A stretch of DNA of 64,000 nt from Candidatus Shapirobacteria bacterium (GTDB lineage: Bacteria; Patescibacteriota; Microgenomatia; UBA12405): the NCBI GenBank assembly GCA_041661765.1, contig JBAZTV010000001.1:7755-71754 (forward strand), in the 5' to 3' direction. The position numbers were made by a program, and so were the translations under genes. Shown piece by piece: positions 40,490 to 50,494 of this stretch. Each line of letters starts with the position of its first letter. Within the stretch, counting starts at the first letter, position 1. Below the pieces are notes generated by a model, which worked only from the letters and a program-made list of their open reading frames with translations, was not told where the DNA came from and did not search any database.

Positions 40490-42439
40490 TTAAGCCATCA
40501 ATTCTTCAAACTCTTCCTGATTTAAACTTTCCTTTTCTGCCAAAGCCTTTGCCACCTTTTCCAGTTTTTCTTTATTTTTCAATAAAACATTTTTAGCCTC
40601 ATTAAACGATTCATCTACAAATTTTTTAATTTCATCATCCACTTTTCCTTGCATTTTGTCAGAAATTTTTGATGGTTCCATATAAGCCTTACCAAAATCA
40701 CCTACATCAATTTGTGGTCCCAAATTAATTGGTCCCAAATCACTCATTCCCCACTCCACCACCATATTCCTTGCCATCCCAGTTGCATTCGAAATATCTG
40801 ATGCTGCCCCAGTCGTAATATCACCAAAAATAAGATCCTCTGCTGCTCTCCCCCCCATTGCCATTGCCATCTGTTTAATTAATTTACTTTTAGTGTAATG
40901 GATAATATCTTTTTGTGGTGGCACCAAAGTAAAACCCAATGCCATTCCTCGAGAAATTATTGAAATTTTTGACACCGGATCCAATTTTTCCACATAATTC
41001 ACCACCGCATGGCCAGCCTCATGATAAGCCGTCATCAATTTATCTTCATCACTTTGTGTTCGTTTCTTTTCCGCTCCTAATTTTACTTTTAAACTAGCAT
41101 CATCAATATCAGTCATACTAATTTTCGTTTTATTTAATCTAGCCGCCCCAATTGCCGACTCATTTAACATATTTTCCAATTCAGCCCCCGAAAACCCCAC
41201 TGTTGATTTAGCCACTAAATCCCAATTAACATCTTCTTCAAATGGTTTACCTTTCGCATGAATTTTTAATATTTCTTGTCTTGCTTCCAAGTCTGGTAAT
41301 TCTAAAACTACTCTTCGATCAAATCGGCCTGGTCTAAGCAATGCCGGATCCAATAAATCTCCTCTATTAGTTGCAGCCAACACCACCACTGCCGAAGTCG
41401 GTTCAAACCCATCCATCTCTACTAAAATTTGATTCAAAGTTTGTTCTCTTTCTCCATGTCCACCATCCATTCCTCCTCTAATTCTACCAATCGCATCAAT
41501 TTCATCAATAAAAATAATTGCTTTTCCTGCTTTTTTAGCTGTTCCAAACAAATCACGAACACGAGAAGCTCCCACACCCACCAACATTTCCATAAATTCA
41601 GATCCAGCCATACTATAAAATGGTACTCCAGCCTCTCCTGCTACTGCTTTTGCCAATAAAGTCTTACCAACTCCACTTGGTCCAACTAAAAGTACTCCTT
41701 TAGGCGCTCTCGCTCCCATTTTAAGATATTTTTCTGGATGTTTCAAAAAATCAACTATTTCCACTAAATCATTTTTCGCTTCTTCAACTCCTGCCACATC
41801 TTTAAAAGTTAAACTTTGTTTCCCTTTTATAAATAATTTTGCTGTCGACTTTCCAAAGCCAAACATTCCACCACCAGCTCCACCACCTTGCTTTTTAAAT
41901 AACCACAAAATAAACATTATTGGCAATCCTACAGACAAAACCAAAACTAAAAAATCTCCCAACATTTTCCATCCTCGTCTATTTTCTATTTGCAAATTTA
42001 ATGTCGACAAATCCACCCCCTCTTTCTGTAAAATTTCCGTCATAGAAATATCTACTTCTTTTGAAGCTACTAAAATTTTCTTCTCGTTTTTTAATGTTGC
42101 CACTATTTGACTATCAGCCACCACAATTTTTTCAACCTCATTATTTTTAGTTTTCTGAATCACTTCCGAAATTGGCACCTGAGAAACTGTCTCTGGTACC
42201 AAAAGTTGCATTAATGTCAATAAAATCCAATAACCTAAAACCAAATAAATTATAAATTTAACAATCTGTTTTGGTCCAATTTCAATCCTTTTAATTTTCA
42301 CCCCCGGTGGTAATCTATCCAAAAGTTCCTTAGGTATTTGATTTTTATCATTCTGTTTTTTAGTCTCATTTTGCTTTGCAGAATCTTTTTTCTGTTCTGG
42401 CCTCTTTATTTTTTTCTTTAAGTCTTCAAGGAATTTCAT
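40490..42439 (-). CDS. ftsH: ATP-dependent zinc metalloprotease FtsH
   Basis: N-terminal TMs; AAA+ Walker A (GPSGVGKTLLAKAVAGEA), Walker B (IIFIDEIDAIG) and the second region of homology; HEAGHA zinc motif. Confidence 0.9.
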   Translation of the reverse strand: MKFLEDLKKKIKRPEQKKDSAKQNETKKQNDKNQIPKELLDRLPPGVKIKRIEIGPKQIVKFIIYLVLGYWILLTLMQLLVPETVSQVPISEVIQKTKNNEVEKIVVADSQIVATLKNEKKILVASKEVDISMTEILQKEGVDLSTLNLQIENRRGWKMLGDFLVLVLSVGLPIMFILWLFKKQGGGAGGGMFGFGKSTAKLFIKGKQSLTFKDVAGVEEAKNDLVEIVDFLKHPEKYLKMGARAPKGVLLVGPSGVGKTLLAKAVAGEAGVPFYSMAGSEFMEMLVGVGASRVRDLFGTAKKAGKAIIFIDEIDAIGRIRGGMDGGHGEREQTLNQILVEMDGFEPTSAVVVLAATNRGDLLDPALLRPGRFDRRVVLELPDLEARQEILKIHAKGKPFEEDVNWDLVAKSTVGFSGAELENMLNESAIGAARLNKTKISMTDIDDASLKVKLGAEKKRTQSDEDKLMTAYHEAGHAVVNYVEKLDPVSKISIISRGMALGFTLVPPQKDIIHYTKSKLIKQMAMAMGGRAAEDLIFGDITTGAASDISNATGMARNMVVEWGMSDLGPINLGPQIDVGDFGKAYMEPSKISDKMQGKVDDEIKKFVDESFNEAKNVLLKNKEKLEKVAKALAEKESLNQEEFEELMA

Positions 42440-42550
42440 CCCATGATTATACCATCAAAATCGGTTCAAAAAATTAAAAAACAAAGACTTCCGCCCTTGC
42501 TTGCCCGCCTCTGGTGGGTTAAGGGAGGATGTCCGCAGGACAGGAGGGTT

Positions 42551-42868
42551 TTATCTTCCAATATTATTCACCAACTCCAACAATAATTCCCTATTATCCT
42601 TTTTACCCCGATTATCCTCCGCTGCCTTCACCCAAAACTCATGATTACATTTTTCACATTTATAAAAAATTCTAAAATTATCATTTCGACATTCCGCCGC
42701 TTCTGGTCTCATTAATCCCCTACAATGACTTGCCCTATCACCAGGAATTATTTCATCCACATGCTTTCCCCACAAACAATTTGGACAATGATCCGTCGTT
42801 CCATTTCCAATTATCTTTTCCCCACACACTTCGCAAACAAAATTCTCCACCACTTTTTTCATAACCAA
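42551..42868 (-). CDS. Zinc-ribbon protein, RNHCP-domain-like
   Basis: CEVCG...TDHCPNCLWGKH...CEKCNHEF; four Cys pairs. Confidence 0.45.
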   Translation of the reverse strand: MVMKKVVENFVCEVCGEKIIGNGTTDHCPNCLWGKHVDEIIPGDRASHCRGLMRPEAAECRNDNFRIFYKCEKCNHEFWVKAAEDNRGKKDNRELLLELVNNIGR

Positions 42869-42962
42869 TTATAAACCCTATCCCCACCCTTTCCCTTGAC
42901 AGGGCAAGGGTTTAAGCTCCCCTGTCAAGGGGAGCTGGCGAGCAAAGCGAGACTGAGGGGTT

Positions 42963-45959
42963 TTATTTACCAAGCTCAACCCCCATCCTAATATCCTCAT
43001 TCAGTTTTTGATTAAATAACAATTTTCCTCCCATCATACTAGCCTGTGGTTCCACCTGTAATGGTTGCCAATCTTTTGGAAAAGATACTAATGTCACCAA
43101 TCCAGTATCTCCAAACCCAGACTGTTTTTGAACATAACTCACATAAGAAAATTTGTCTTTACCTGTTAAGGTATTTGCACTAGAATATTTTATTTCCACC
43201 GTTTCTTTACTCAACACTGGTACTGTCACCAAAAAACCCACTTCTTTTTTTCCATTAATTTCTTTAATTCTAATTTCATCACCCGTATAAATTTTTCTTG
43301 AATTACTCTTATCATCAATCACACTAATTTGCGATAAACTAATATCCACAGGTAAATAAACCCTTAAATAATTTTTATATTCACCACCAGGAAAATCATT
43401 ACTTTTAGCCAAATTTTCATAATTAACTTTCAATGTCCTCTCCACTAAACTTTCATTAATATCTACCACCTGTTCCATACTTCTAGATAAAAAATAATTC
43501 GTTTTATTCACCCCAAAATTAGAATCCACTACAAATAAATAATCTGAAAAACAATTTTCTTTTGTACATTTCCCTTGATACATTGTTCCATCCCATCCTA
43601 AATCAGCTGCCAATTTAGCTGTTTCATTATTATTAAAAGCCAGTTGAATTTCATTTTTTTCCAATAAATCAACCAAAGAAAAAACTAATTCTAATTGCTG
43701 TTTCGCTTTTAACCCTTTTATTTCTTCAAACATTTGACTTCCCAAAGTCCCTAAGAAACTCGCCTTCTGAGTCGATCCCGGGAAAAATTTACTTTCTGAA
43801 TAATATTCTGCCTGTTCATATAAATTATCCTTAGTAATTTTTTCTTTAAAATCAGTCACATTAATTTCTCCAATCACTCCCACAATTGCTTTCGCCACTG
43901 CCAAATTAATTCCAATCACTCCATCCACCTTTTTATTAATTTCCTGACTTAAAAACCATTGGATATCTGCCGAAGCCTTTACAAAATCAGGATTCCAATT
44001 AGCATCTCTCATAAACCAGTTTGCTTCTCCTAAATAATTTTTTATTTCTATTGGTGGTTCCACATGTCCCTTTAATTGACCATCAGCTTCATAAACATCT
44101 TTTACTTCAAAATTTAAAAGTTTTCCATTTTGAAAACTCAAAATCGCATAACTTCCAATAAATCCTCCTGTTGCCCTCAATTCTGCTTCATTTTGAAGCA
44201 ATACTAAATATTCTCTTTTTCTTCCATCCAAACCCAACATTTCTGGTAAAATTTTTATTCCTTTCGACGCCAAATTCAATTTTTCTTTTATTTCCTTTAA
44301 ATCTTGGGCTTCTTTTTGTAAAGATATCCTCCATTTTGCTGGCATCCAACTATAATCACCGTTCAATCTTGCTAAAACTAAGCCCAACTCATTATCAAAA
44401 TTAACTAAATATTCTTCTTCTTTATTTAATTCATCAGAAAAATTTATTTCTCTTTCTTTAAAAATCGCCTGACTTATTAAATCCGCACTTTGACTGATCA
44501 CAATCGAATCTTTTTCCAGTTTCAAAACATCCTCCCCCACTTTAAGTAATGTCTGATAATTTCTAATTATTTCAAATTTATTTAATCCAGTATCGTCAAT
44601 TTGCTGATCAATTTCTTTAATCCTGGTTAAATTTTTATCCACCAAAGTTTCTACCTGTTTATATTTTTTCGCTTCAATTAAAACTACATTTTCTTTAATA
44701 TTATTAAAAGCCAAAACTGTCGATATTGTCCATTTTATTGGCACTATTAATAATAAAAAAATAATTAAAAATAAAAACGGCAGTGTCCATTTATTTTTTT
44801 TAAAAAATTTATTTTTAAATTTAAATTTCTCCCTTTTTTTAAGGGGAGATGTCTCCGCAACAGCGGAGACAGATAGGTTTTGAATTAACGGGGTGGGTTT
44901 TATTATTTCATCCTCAAAACTATCATCAAATTCCTCCACCACATTTTCTTTAAAAGCCTCCGGCTTAATCTTCTCCACCTCCAACCCCATCTTTTTTTGC
45001 TTATAAAAACTTTCTATCTCCTCTAATTCCCCTGCCCTGTCAAGGGAAGGGTTAGGGATGGGTTTCAAAATTTCCTCTTCCACCACCACCTCCATTTTTC
45101 TTTTATTGACCTCTCTTTTAATCGGCTCCGGCTCTTTTTTTATAGCCTCCCTGTCAAGGGAGGTGTCCCGATTTATCGGGACGGAGGGTTTTTTAGGTTT
45201 TCTACTTTCTTCATCAGCCCTCGAAAAAAAATATTGCAAAGTTTCTATTATTCCATCTTTAAAATCATTTTTTGGCTCCCATCGTAATTTTTTCACTGAC
45301 TCTTTCAATCTTTCTTCATCTATTTTTTCAATTTCAATCTCCTTTTGCATCACCTTATACCGTGTCATTTTTGCCTCATCTATCAGCACTTTTGCCACTT
45401 CTTCACTATTTGTCTCCTTACCCAAAATTAAAAAGAATTCTTTTTCCGTTCCCGACAAAAAACTCGCCCTTAAAATTGCTTCAACCAAATCTTCAATTGC
45501 CAAGATTCTAAACCTACTTTTTAAATTTGGTAACACCAAATTTTTATTAACCACTGCCAATTTTATTGCTTCCGCTAAAAAATTATCTTCGTCCATTCCT
45601 GGACCATAAACCCCTTCCGCTTCCACCATTCTCCAATTCAAATTTAAATTCTCTAAATCATTTTTTAAAAAATCAGCCTTCTTTTTATCATTTACGCAAA
45701 CCAATGTAATTTTTTCACCCTTAAACTGATCCATTTTCCACAGGTTTTTATCTCCCAAAAAATCAAAAACATAATTAAATTTACCACTAACTTCCGACAA
45801 ATCCATCAATAACTCAAAGTTCTTTATATCGCTTAATCCAACCACATATTCCCCCACCCCAACCACATTTATATCTTTATTCGACAATTCCTCCGCCAAT
45901 TTTTTAGCCGCAAATTGATCTATTCCAATAATTAAAGCGTAAGGCAATGCCGAATTCAT
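42963..45959 (-). CDS. 998-aa ORF: N-terminal Rossmann/epimerase-like soluble domain, a low-complexity linker that reads in-frame through three palindromic repeats, one TM helix, then a large extracytoplasmic domain (DUF4012-like, motif RATGGFIGSYA). Possibly two genes fused by the ORF finder.
   Basis: Continuous ORF. Repeats at 44828..44880, 45031..45070 and 45146..45194 are translated as SPLKKREKFKF..., NPSLDRAGELEE and TPLIQNLSVS... The TM segment is WTLPFLFLIIFLLLIVPI. Confidence 0.45.
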   Translation of the reverse strand: MNSALPYALIIGIDQFAAKKLAEELSNKDINVVGVGEYVVGLSDIKNFELLMDLSEVSGKFNYVFDFLGDKNLWKMDQFKGEKITLVCVNDKKKADFLKNDLENLNLNWRMVEAEGVYGPGMDEDNFLAEAIKLAVVNKNLVLPNLKSRFRILAIEDLVEAILRASFLSGTEKEFFLILGKETNSEEVAKVLIDEAKMTRYKVMQKEIEIEKIDEERLKESVKKLRWEPKNDFKDGIIETLQYFFSRADEESRKPKKPSVPINRDTSLDREAIKKEPEPIKREVNKRKMEVVVEEEILKPIPNPSLDRAGELEEIESFYKQKKMGLEVEKIKPEAFKENVVEEFDDSFEDEIIKPTPLIQNLSVSAVAETSPLKKREKFKFKNKFFKKNKWTLPFLFLIIFLLLIVPIKWTISTVLAFNNIKENVVLIEAKKYKQVETLVDKNLTRIKEIDQQIDDTGLNKFEIIRNYQTLLKVGEDVLKLEKDSIVISQSADLISQAIFKEREINFSDELNKEEEYLVNFDNELGLVLARLNGDYSWMPAKWRISLQKEAQDLKEIKEKLNLASKGIKILPEMLGLDGRKREYLVLLQNEAELRATGGFIGSYAILSFQNGKLLNFEVKDVYEADGQLKGHVEPPIEIKNYLGEANWFMRDANWNPDFVKASADIQWFLSQEINKKVDGVIGINLAVAKAIVGVIGEINVTDFKEKITKDNLYEQAEYYSESKFFPGSTQKASFLGTLGSQMFEEIKGLKAKQQLELVFSLVDLLEKNEIQLAFNNNETAKLAADLGWDGTMYQGKCTKENCFSDYLFVVDSNFGVNKTNYFLSRSMEQVVDINESLVERTLKVNYENLAKSNDFPGGEYKNYLRVYLPVDISLSQISVIDDKSNSRKIYTGDEIRIKEINGKKEVGFLVTVPVLSKETVEIKYSSANTLTGKDKFSYVSYVQKQSGFGDTGLVTLVSFPKDWQPLQVEPQASMMGGKLLFNQKLNEDIRMGVELGK
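45146..45194. repeat. Family-1 repeat (GCCTCCCTGTCAAGGGAGG + TGTCCCGATTTATCGGGAC + GGAGGGTTTTTT) lying in-frame inside the 42963..45959 ORF
   Basis: Direct reading. The hairpin B loop GATTTATCG is shared with copies at 49690, 51280 and 56715. Confidence 0.8.
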
Positions 45960-46024
45960 AGTTTATTTTAACTTAAATATTATTTACCGATCTATCTTAT
46001 TCCCCTCCTTTTTTAAGGAAGTTT

Positions 46025-46051
46025 TGTAGGGGCAGACCATTGTGTCTGCCC
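46025..46051. repeat. Family-3 hairpin: TGTAGGGGCAGACC-ATTGT-GTCTGCCC (second copy at 46209..46235 with CGTTGT)
   Basis: 8-bp perfect stem. Further copies lie inside CDSs at 22110..22136, 26392..26418 and 50706..50733. The sub-variant GTAGGAACAGACCCTCGTGTCTGTTC occurs at 12449..12475 and 15688..15714. Confidence 0.75.
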
Positions 46052-46208
46052 AACCATTAATCCCTTGCGGTTATATTTCGGCAATTATGCGGTTATTACC
46101 TTCAAAATATGTTCTAACTTTTATTATCCATACCTCCGAAACGTGAAAAAACGTCATAACCCAATTCCATAGTTTTGTCATAATTTTTAAATTTAAAAGG
46201 GAAATTTT

Positions 46209-46235
46209 ATGTAGGGGCAGACCGTTGTGTCTGCC
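46209..46235. repeat. Family-3 hairpin copy (TGTAGGGGCAGACCGTTGTGTCTGCCC)
   Basis: Direct reading. Confidence 0.75.
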
Positions 46236-46340
46236 CAAAATAAAAGGAAAAATAGTCCCAACCAATTTCAAATGGCCAAAATTAAAATCCAAAATCTGTA
46301 CTAATTTCAAGCAGGGGAATATATCAAAAATAAAAATAAA

Positions 46341-46395
46341 ACCTCCCTGTCAAGGGAGGTGGCGATCCCGCAACTGCGGGAGAGACGGAGGGTTT
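46341..46395. repeat. Family-1 repeat: near-identical copy of 25687..25742 (the hairpin B loop is CAACTG instead of CAGCAG)
   Basis: Direct reading. Confidence 0.8.
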
Positions 46396-46507
46396 GTTCC
46401 TGAAACGCTCCGCATTTCACCAGACATAAAAAATTCGTAGCAAAAAATATATAACGAGAAAAATAAAAAAACAAAGACTTCTCCTTTTGTTAAGGGGAGA
46501 TACCGGT

Positions 46508-47737
46508 TTACCCGGAGAGAGGATTTGAGGTTCTTTTCAGCGCTAAAATCGTCAACACACAAGCCAATGCTTCCGAAAAACCCGTCACCCAAGCCGCTCC
46601 AATAATTCCAAACCTTGGAATCATTAAAAGATTACCCATAAAATTAACCACCAACACCACCAAACCTAAAATCAATATTTGTTTTTGTCCACCTTTAGCA
46701 ATCAAAGTAAAACCAAATAGATGATTGATATAAGAGAAAAAGAGGGGAATCAAAAGAATTCTTAAAACTGTTATTGATGGTTCATACCCACCTCCAGCCA
46801 ATACCGTTACCATTAATGGCGCCAATAAATAGGCGAGAGGGATTAGCACCATTAAAGCCCCCAACATAATTAAAACTGACCATTTAAACAAATTTTTTTT
46901 ACCTTCCGATTTACCTGAAAAAACCGGAAAAACACTATTCACAAAATAATAAGCCGGTTGCACCATTGTCGAATAAATTTTATAAGCTAAACCATAAAAA
47001 GCCACTTCTTTGATTCCAATAAATTTATCAATCATTAATGAATCAATCGCCCTGTCATATCCAGTAAAAACTAACATATAAACACCCATCGGCCACGAAG
47101 CTTTTAAAAAACTTAAAACAAATTTTTTGTTTAAAATTTCTAATTTAAATGTCCCCAAAACCCTCTTCAATAATTTCCATCCAATACTTAAACTTAAAAT
47201 CCTAGCTATCAAATAAACCCCAAATACCCACATTAAACTAATCGGTTCATGCCAAACCAGCAAAACTATTAAAAATATTAACGGAAAAAGAATATCTATT
47301 ATCACTTTTAATCCCATTCTCAACTCTGTTTGAAAAATTATTTCCAAACTTCCAGCCACCGACGTAAACCAAATCATCATCAAAGCTACAAACACCTCAC
47401 CTTTAATCAAAGCAAAACCATTCCAACTAAAAATTAAAATTACCCCCAAAACAAAAGCAAATAAGGTCGTTAATAATCTTGCCCAAGTTACCTGCATGAA
47501 CAAATTATTTCTTTCCTTGCCGTTCTTTCCTGAAGCCTCTTTTACCCCTATCACTTTTGTTCCAAAATCAGATATCGAATCCAAAAGTAACAGCACTGAT
47601 GTCACTAAAATATAACTACCATAAACATCAGCTCCCAATTTTCTTGTCAGTAAACCAGTCGTTACTAAACTAATTAAAACAGTAATTCCTTTAGCTACAA
47701 TCTGCACCCAAGTATTTAACAGCGACTTTTTCAACAT
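46508..47737 (-). CDS. Polysaccharide/oligosaccharide flippase (Wzx-like, MOP superfamily)
   Basis: 409 aa with about 12 TM helices; N-terminal LLNTWVQIVAKGITVLISLVTTGLLTRKLG is typical of the polysaccharide biosynthesis protein family. Confidence 0.6.
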   Translation of the reverse strand: MLKKSLLNTWVQIVAKGITVLISLVTTGLLTRKLGADVYGSYILVTSVLLLLDSISDFGTKVIGVKEASGKNGKERNNLFMQVTWARLLTTLFAFVLGVILIFSWNGFALIKGEVFVALMMIWFTSVAGSLEIIFQTELRMGLKVIIDILFPLIFLIVLLVWHEPISLMWVFGVYLIARILSLSIGWKLLKRVLGTFKLEILNKKFVLSFLKASWPMGVYMLVFTGYDRAIDSLMIDKFIGIKEVAFYGLAYKIYSTMVQPAYYFVNSVFPVFSGKSEGKKNLFKWSVLIMLGALMVLIPLAYLLAPLMVTVLAGGGYEPSITVLRILLIPLFFSYINHLFGFTLIAKGGQKQILILGLVVLVVNFMGNLLMIPRFGIIGAAWVTGFSEALACVLTILALKRTSNPLSG

Positions 47738-47745
47738 TATCTATT

Positions 47746-49023
47746 TTAAACAATTCCCAACACTAATACTAACAACCAAACATTTTGTGGCAAAGTCAAC
47801 CAATAATGATCAACCAAACCACTAATAACCACTACTCCTAAAATTATTTTAAAAATCCAATTTATTTTTTTTCTAGAAAAATTTTCACTAAAAAATAAAA
47901 ACATTAAAAATAATCCCAATATTCCAACCTCACTCCAAGCCAAAATAAAAATATTATGAACCGGCTGCAACCAAAAAATTCCATTGTTTTTTTGAAACTC
48001 AGGTAATCTCACCAAAAAATTTCCCAAACCTACCCCAAATAAAGATGATTCTTTTACCATTTTAAATCCCGCCACATTCAATTGAATCCTTTTTCCAATT
48101 CCGTCTGAATCCCATCCGCCCAAAAAATTAGACACTTGATACTCCATATTAACCAACCTCAATCCAAAAATTATCACTCCAAAAAACAATAATATTAAAC
48201 CAAAAATATTAAACTTGTTTTTTATATTTTTTAATAAAAATCCCAAAATTAAACCCAAAGTCAAAATCCAAATTGTTCTACTCCCCGAAACCATTATTCC
48301 CATAAATCCCAACCAAAATACCACCCACCAAAAAGTATTATTAATATACCCTCTCTTTTTTAATTTAAGCCCCACCCTGTCAAGGGAGGGGTTTGGGGAG
48401 GGTTTCAACCACCACCATAACAATAAACTCACCAATAAAAACCCCGCCAAACTATTTGGATGAGAAAAAGTTCCATAAGCCCTAATTAAACCTCTTCCCA
48501 AAACTGACATTTGCGCGATTCCAATTGTATTAAAACTAAAACTTCTTTCCCCTAACCAATAAAAAATTCCATTTAAACTTCCACTTTTAGCCATTTGAGC
48601 CATCGCCAATAAACTCTCAAAAATAATCCAACAGGGGATAATTTTAATTAAATTTTCTTTTATTAAGGCTTTATTTTTTCTAAAATAAAAAAATGTTATT
48701 AATAATTGAGCCACCCTTAACCATTTATAAAATGCCACCCAAGGATTAACCGCCATTAAAATATTTATTCCCACAAAACCCAAAATCACCAAATTTTTAA
48801 AATTAAATAGCTGCTCCCTTGTCAAGGGGAGCTGTCTCGATTTTTGTCGAGACTGAGGGGTTTTAAAAAGTTCACTTCCAATTAAAATTACCCAAACCAA
48901 ATCCAATAAATACAAAGTAGGGGACAAATAATCAATCCTAATTCCCAATAAATAGCTCCATTCTGGCCAAAAATGCTTACCTAATTGAGTCGGAATTAAA
49001 AGCAAAAATAAAAATAGCCACAC
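47746..49023 (-). CDS. O-antigen polymerase/ligase-like (Wzy-type) polytopic membrane protein with two in-frame repeat inserts
   Basis: About 10 TM helices; WWVVFWLGFMGIMVSGSRTIWILTLGLILGF resembles the Wzy_C core. KPSPNPSLDRVGLKLKKRG (48365..48410) and the repeat at 48815..48860 are in-frame. Confidence 0.5.
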   Translation of the reverse strand: MWLFLFLLLIPTQLGKHFWPEWSYLLGIRIDYLSPTLYLLDLVWVILIGSELFKTPQSRQKSRQLPLTREQLFNFKNLVILGFVGINILMAVNPWVAFYKWLRVAQLLITFFYFRKNKALIKENLIKIIPCWIIFESLLAMAQMAKSGSLNGIFYWLGERSFSFNTIGIAQMSVLGRGLIRAYGTFSHPNSLAGFLLVSLLLWWWLKPSPNPSLDRVGLKLKKRGYINNTFWWVVFWLGFMGIMVSGSRTIWILTLGLILGFLLKNIKNKFNIFGLILLFFGVIIFGLRLVNMEYQVSNFLGGWDSDGIGKRIQLNVAGFKMVKESSLFGVGLGNFLVRLPEFQKNNGIFWLQPVHNIFILAWSEVGILGLFLMFLFFSENFSRKKINWIFKIILGVVVISGLVDHYWLTLPQNVWLLVLVLGIV

Positions 49024-49050
49024 AACCCAATCTTAACATATTAAATACTT

Positions 49051-49127
49051 CTCCCTTGCTTGTCCGTCCGCAGCTTTAGCAAAGGAGGATCAAGGGAGGT
49101 GGTCCGAAATTTCGGACCGGAGGGTTT
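49051..49127. repeat. Composite or nested repeat: a family-1 hairpin A split by an inserted CTTGTCCGTCCGCAGCTTTAGCAAAGGAGGAT unit (family 2), followed by hairpin B (TGGTCCGAAATTTCGGACC) and GGAGGGTTT
   Basis: CTCCCTTG[CTTGTCCGTCCGCAGCTTTAGCAAAGGAGGAT]CAAGGGAGG... Equivalent composites occur at 13240..13300, 12225..12330 (inside rho) and 49638..49717. Confidence 0.7.
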
Positions 49128-49133
49128 AATCCC

Positions 49134-49601
49134 TTAGGATTTCTTTATCACAATATGTCTCTCTTCACCTTCACCCTCTGATTCGCTCTCTATTCCTTCA
49201 ATTTCAGCTAATGTCATATGACAAATTCTTCTTTCATAAGAACTCATACTCGCCATCGGAACCGGATTACCAGTCTCCAACACTTTTTCAGCCAAAGACT
49301 TAACCATGTTTTCCAATCTTATTTTTTGTTCTCCTCGATAATTATTTACATCCAAAAGAACTCTAATTCCCTCACTAATTTGAGATCTGATAATTAAAGA
49401 TAAAACAAATTGGATTGAAGCTAAATTTCGACCTCTAAAACCAATTAATCCAGCTGGATTTTTAACTGTTATTCCAACTAAAACCTGATTTTCTTCACCA
49501 TCCACATCTTCCACAAAAGCTTTTTCCACTTCAAAATTCATTTTTTCCAAAAGTTCACAAGTGAATTTTAATATTTCTTCGTTTCTTTTTTTATTATCCA
49601 T
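49134..49601 (-). CDS. jag: Jag/KhpB-like RNA-binding protein (KH + R3H)
   Basis: 155 aa. The position directly downstream of yidC is canonical, and the GFRGRNLASIQFVL segment is R3H-like. Confidence 0.65.
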   Translation of the reverse strand: MDNKKRNEEILKFTCELLEKMNFEVEKAFVEDVDGEENQVLVGITVKNPAGLIGFRGRNLASIQFVLSLIIRSQISEGIRVLLDVNNYRGEQKIRLENMVKSLAEKVLETGNPVPMASMSSYERRICHMTLAEIEGIESESEGEGEERHIVIKKS

Positions 49602-49637
49602 AGTCGCTATTTTAACACGAAAATTTTAAAAAAATTG

Positions 49638-49717
49638 CTCTCTTGCTTGTCCGTTCGCAGCTTTAGCGTAGGAGGATCAAGGGAAGCTGTTCCGATTTAT
49701 CGGGACTGAGGGGTTTT
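49638..49717. repeat. Composite family-1/family-2 repeat (CTCTTGCTTGTCCGTTCGCAGCTTTAGCGTAGGAGGATCAAGGGAAG + CTGTTCCGATTTATCGGGAC + TGAGGGGTTTT)
   Basis: Direct reading; same nested organisation as 49051..49127. Confidence 0.7.
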
Positions 49718-50494
49718 ATTCATTTTATCAACTACTATTTGTTGAACCACCATAAAACCAGACGTTATAAACCAATATAAAAGCAACCCCAATGAAAAAC
49801 TCCAACCAATAAAAATTGTCATCAACGGCATCATATAAGTCGATTGAGTTCTCATCATCGCCATCATATCATCCTCTTTATCTTTAGTAGTATTAGCAAT
49901 TGATTCACTTACTTTTGGAGCAGGCATCATCAATTTAGCACTTAAATATTGTAAAAAACCCGAACCAAGTAAAAGTATCAATGGCAATATCAAACCTGAG
50001 TCCATTCCTTGAGAAAATATTTTTGCTGGAGTCTGTATTAAATCAGAACCAAAAAAACTCATATCAAATTTAAAATTTTGATCAATTCTAAAAGATTGAA
50101 TTAAATTATTATTAATCTTTTCCAAGGGAACTTTTCCTTCAGAAAAAAGACTCACCATATTAAAAGCATAAAAAAACAAAAGCAATACCGCTATTTGAAT
50201 AATCTGAGGTAAACAACCAGACAATGGATTAACTCCTTCTTGTTTATAAAGATCCATTTGAGCTTTAGCCAAAGCTTGTTTATCCTTTCCAAATTTCTCT
50301 TTTAATTTATTTAGTTTTGGTTGTAATTCTCTTATTCTTTTAGCCGATTTTAAACTTGGCATCACCAATGGTAATAAAACTAATCTAATCACCAATGTCA
50401 CTATAATAATGGCCAATCCAAAATTGCCTACCATATAATAAACAGCAAACAAAGCATTTACAAACGGAGCAAGAAATAAATTCATATCGTTCAT
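49697..50494 (-). CDS. yidC: Membrane protein insertase YidC (short form)
   Basis: 265 aa with 5 TM helices; ...QPKLNKLKEKFGKDKQALAKAQMDLYKQEGVNPLSGCLPQIIQ... is the conserved YidC/Oxa1 core. Confidence 0.85.
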   Translation of the reverse strand: MNDMNLFLAPFVNALFAVYYMVGNFGLAIIIVTLVIRLVLLPLVMPSLKSAKRIRELQPKLNKLKEKFGKDKQALAKAQMDLYKQEGVNPLSGCLPQIIQIAVLLLFFYAFNMVSLFSEGKVPLEKINNNLIQSFRIDQNFKFDMSFFGSDLIQTPAKIFSQGMDSGLILPLILLLGSGFLQYLSAKLMMPAPKVSESIANTTKDKEDDMMAMMRTQSTYMMPLMTIFIGWSFSLGLLLYWFITSGFMVVQQIVVDKMNKTPQSR

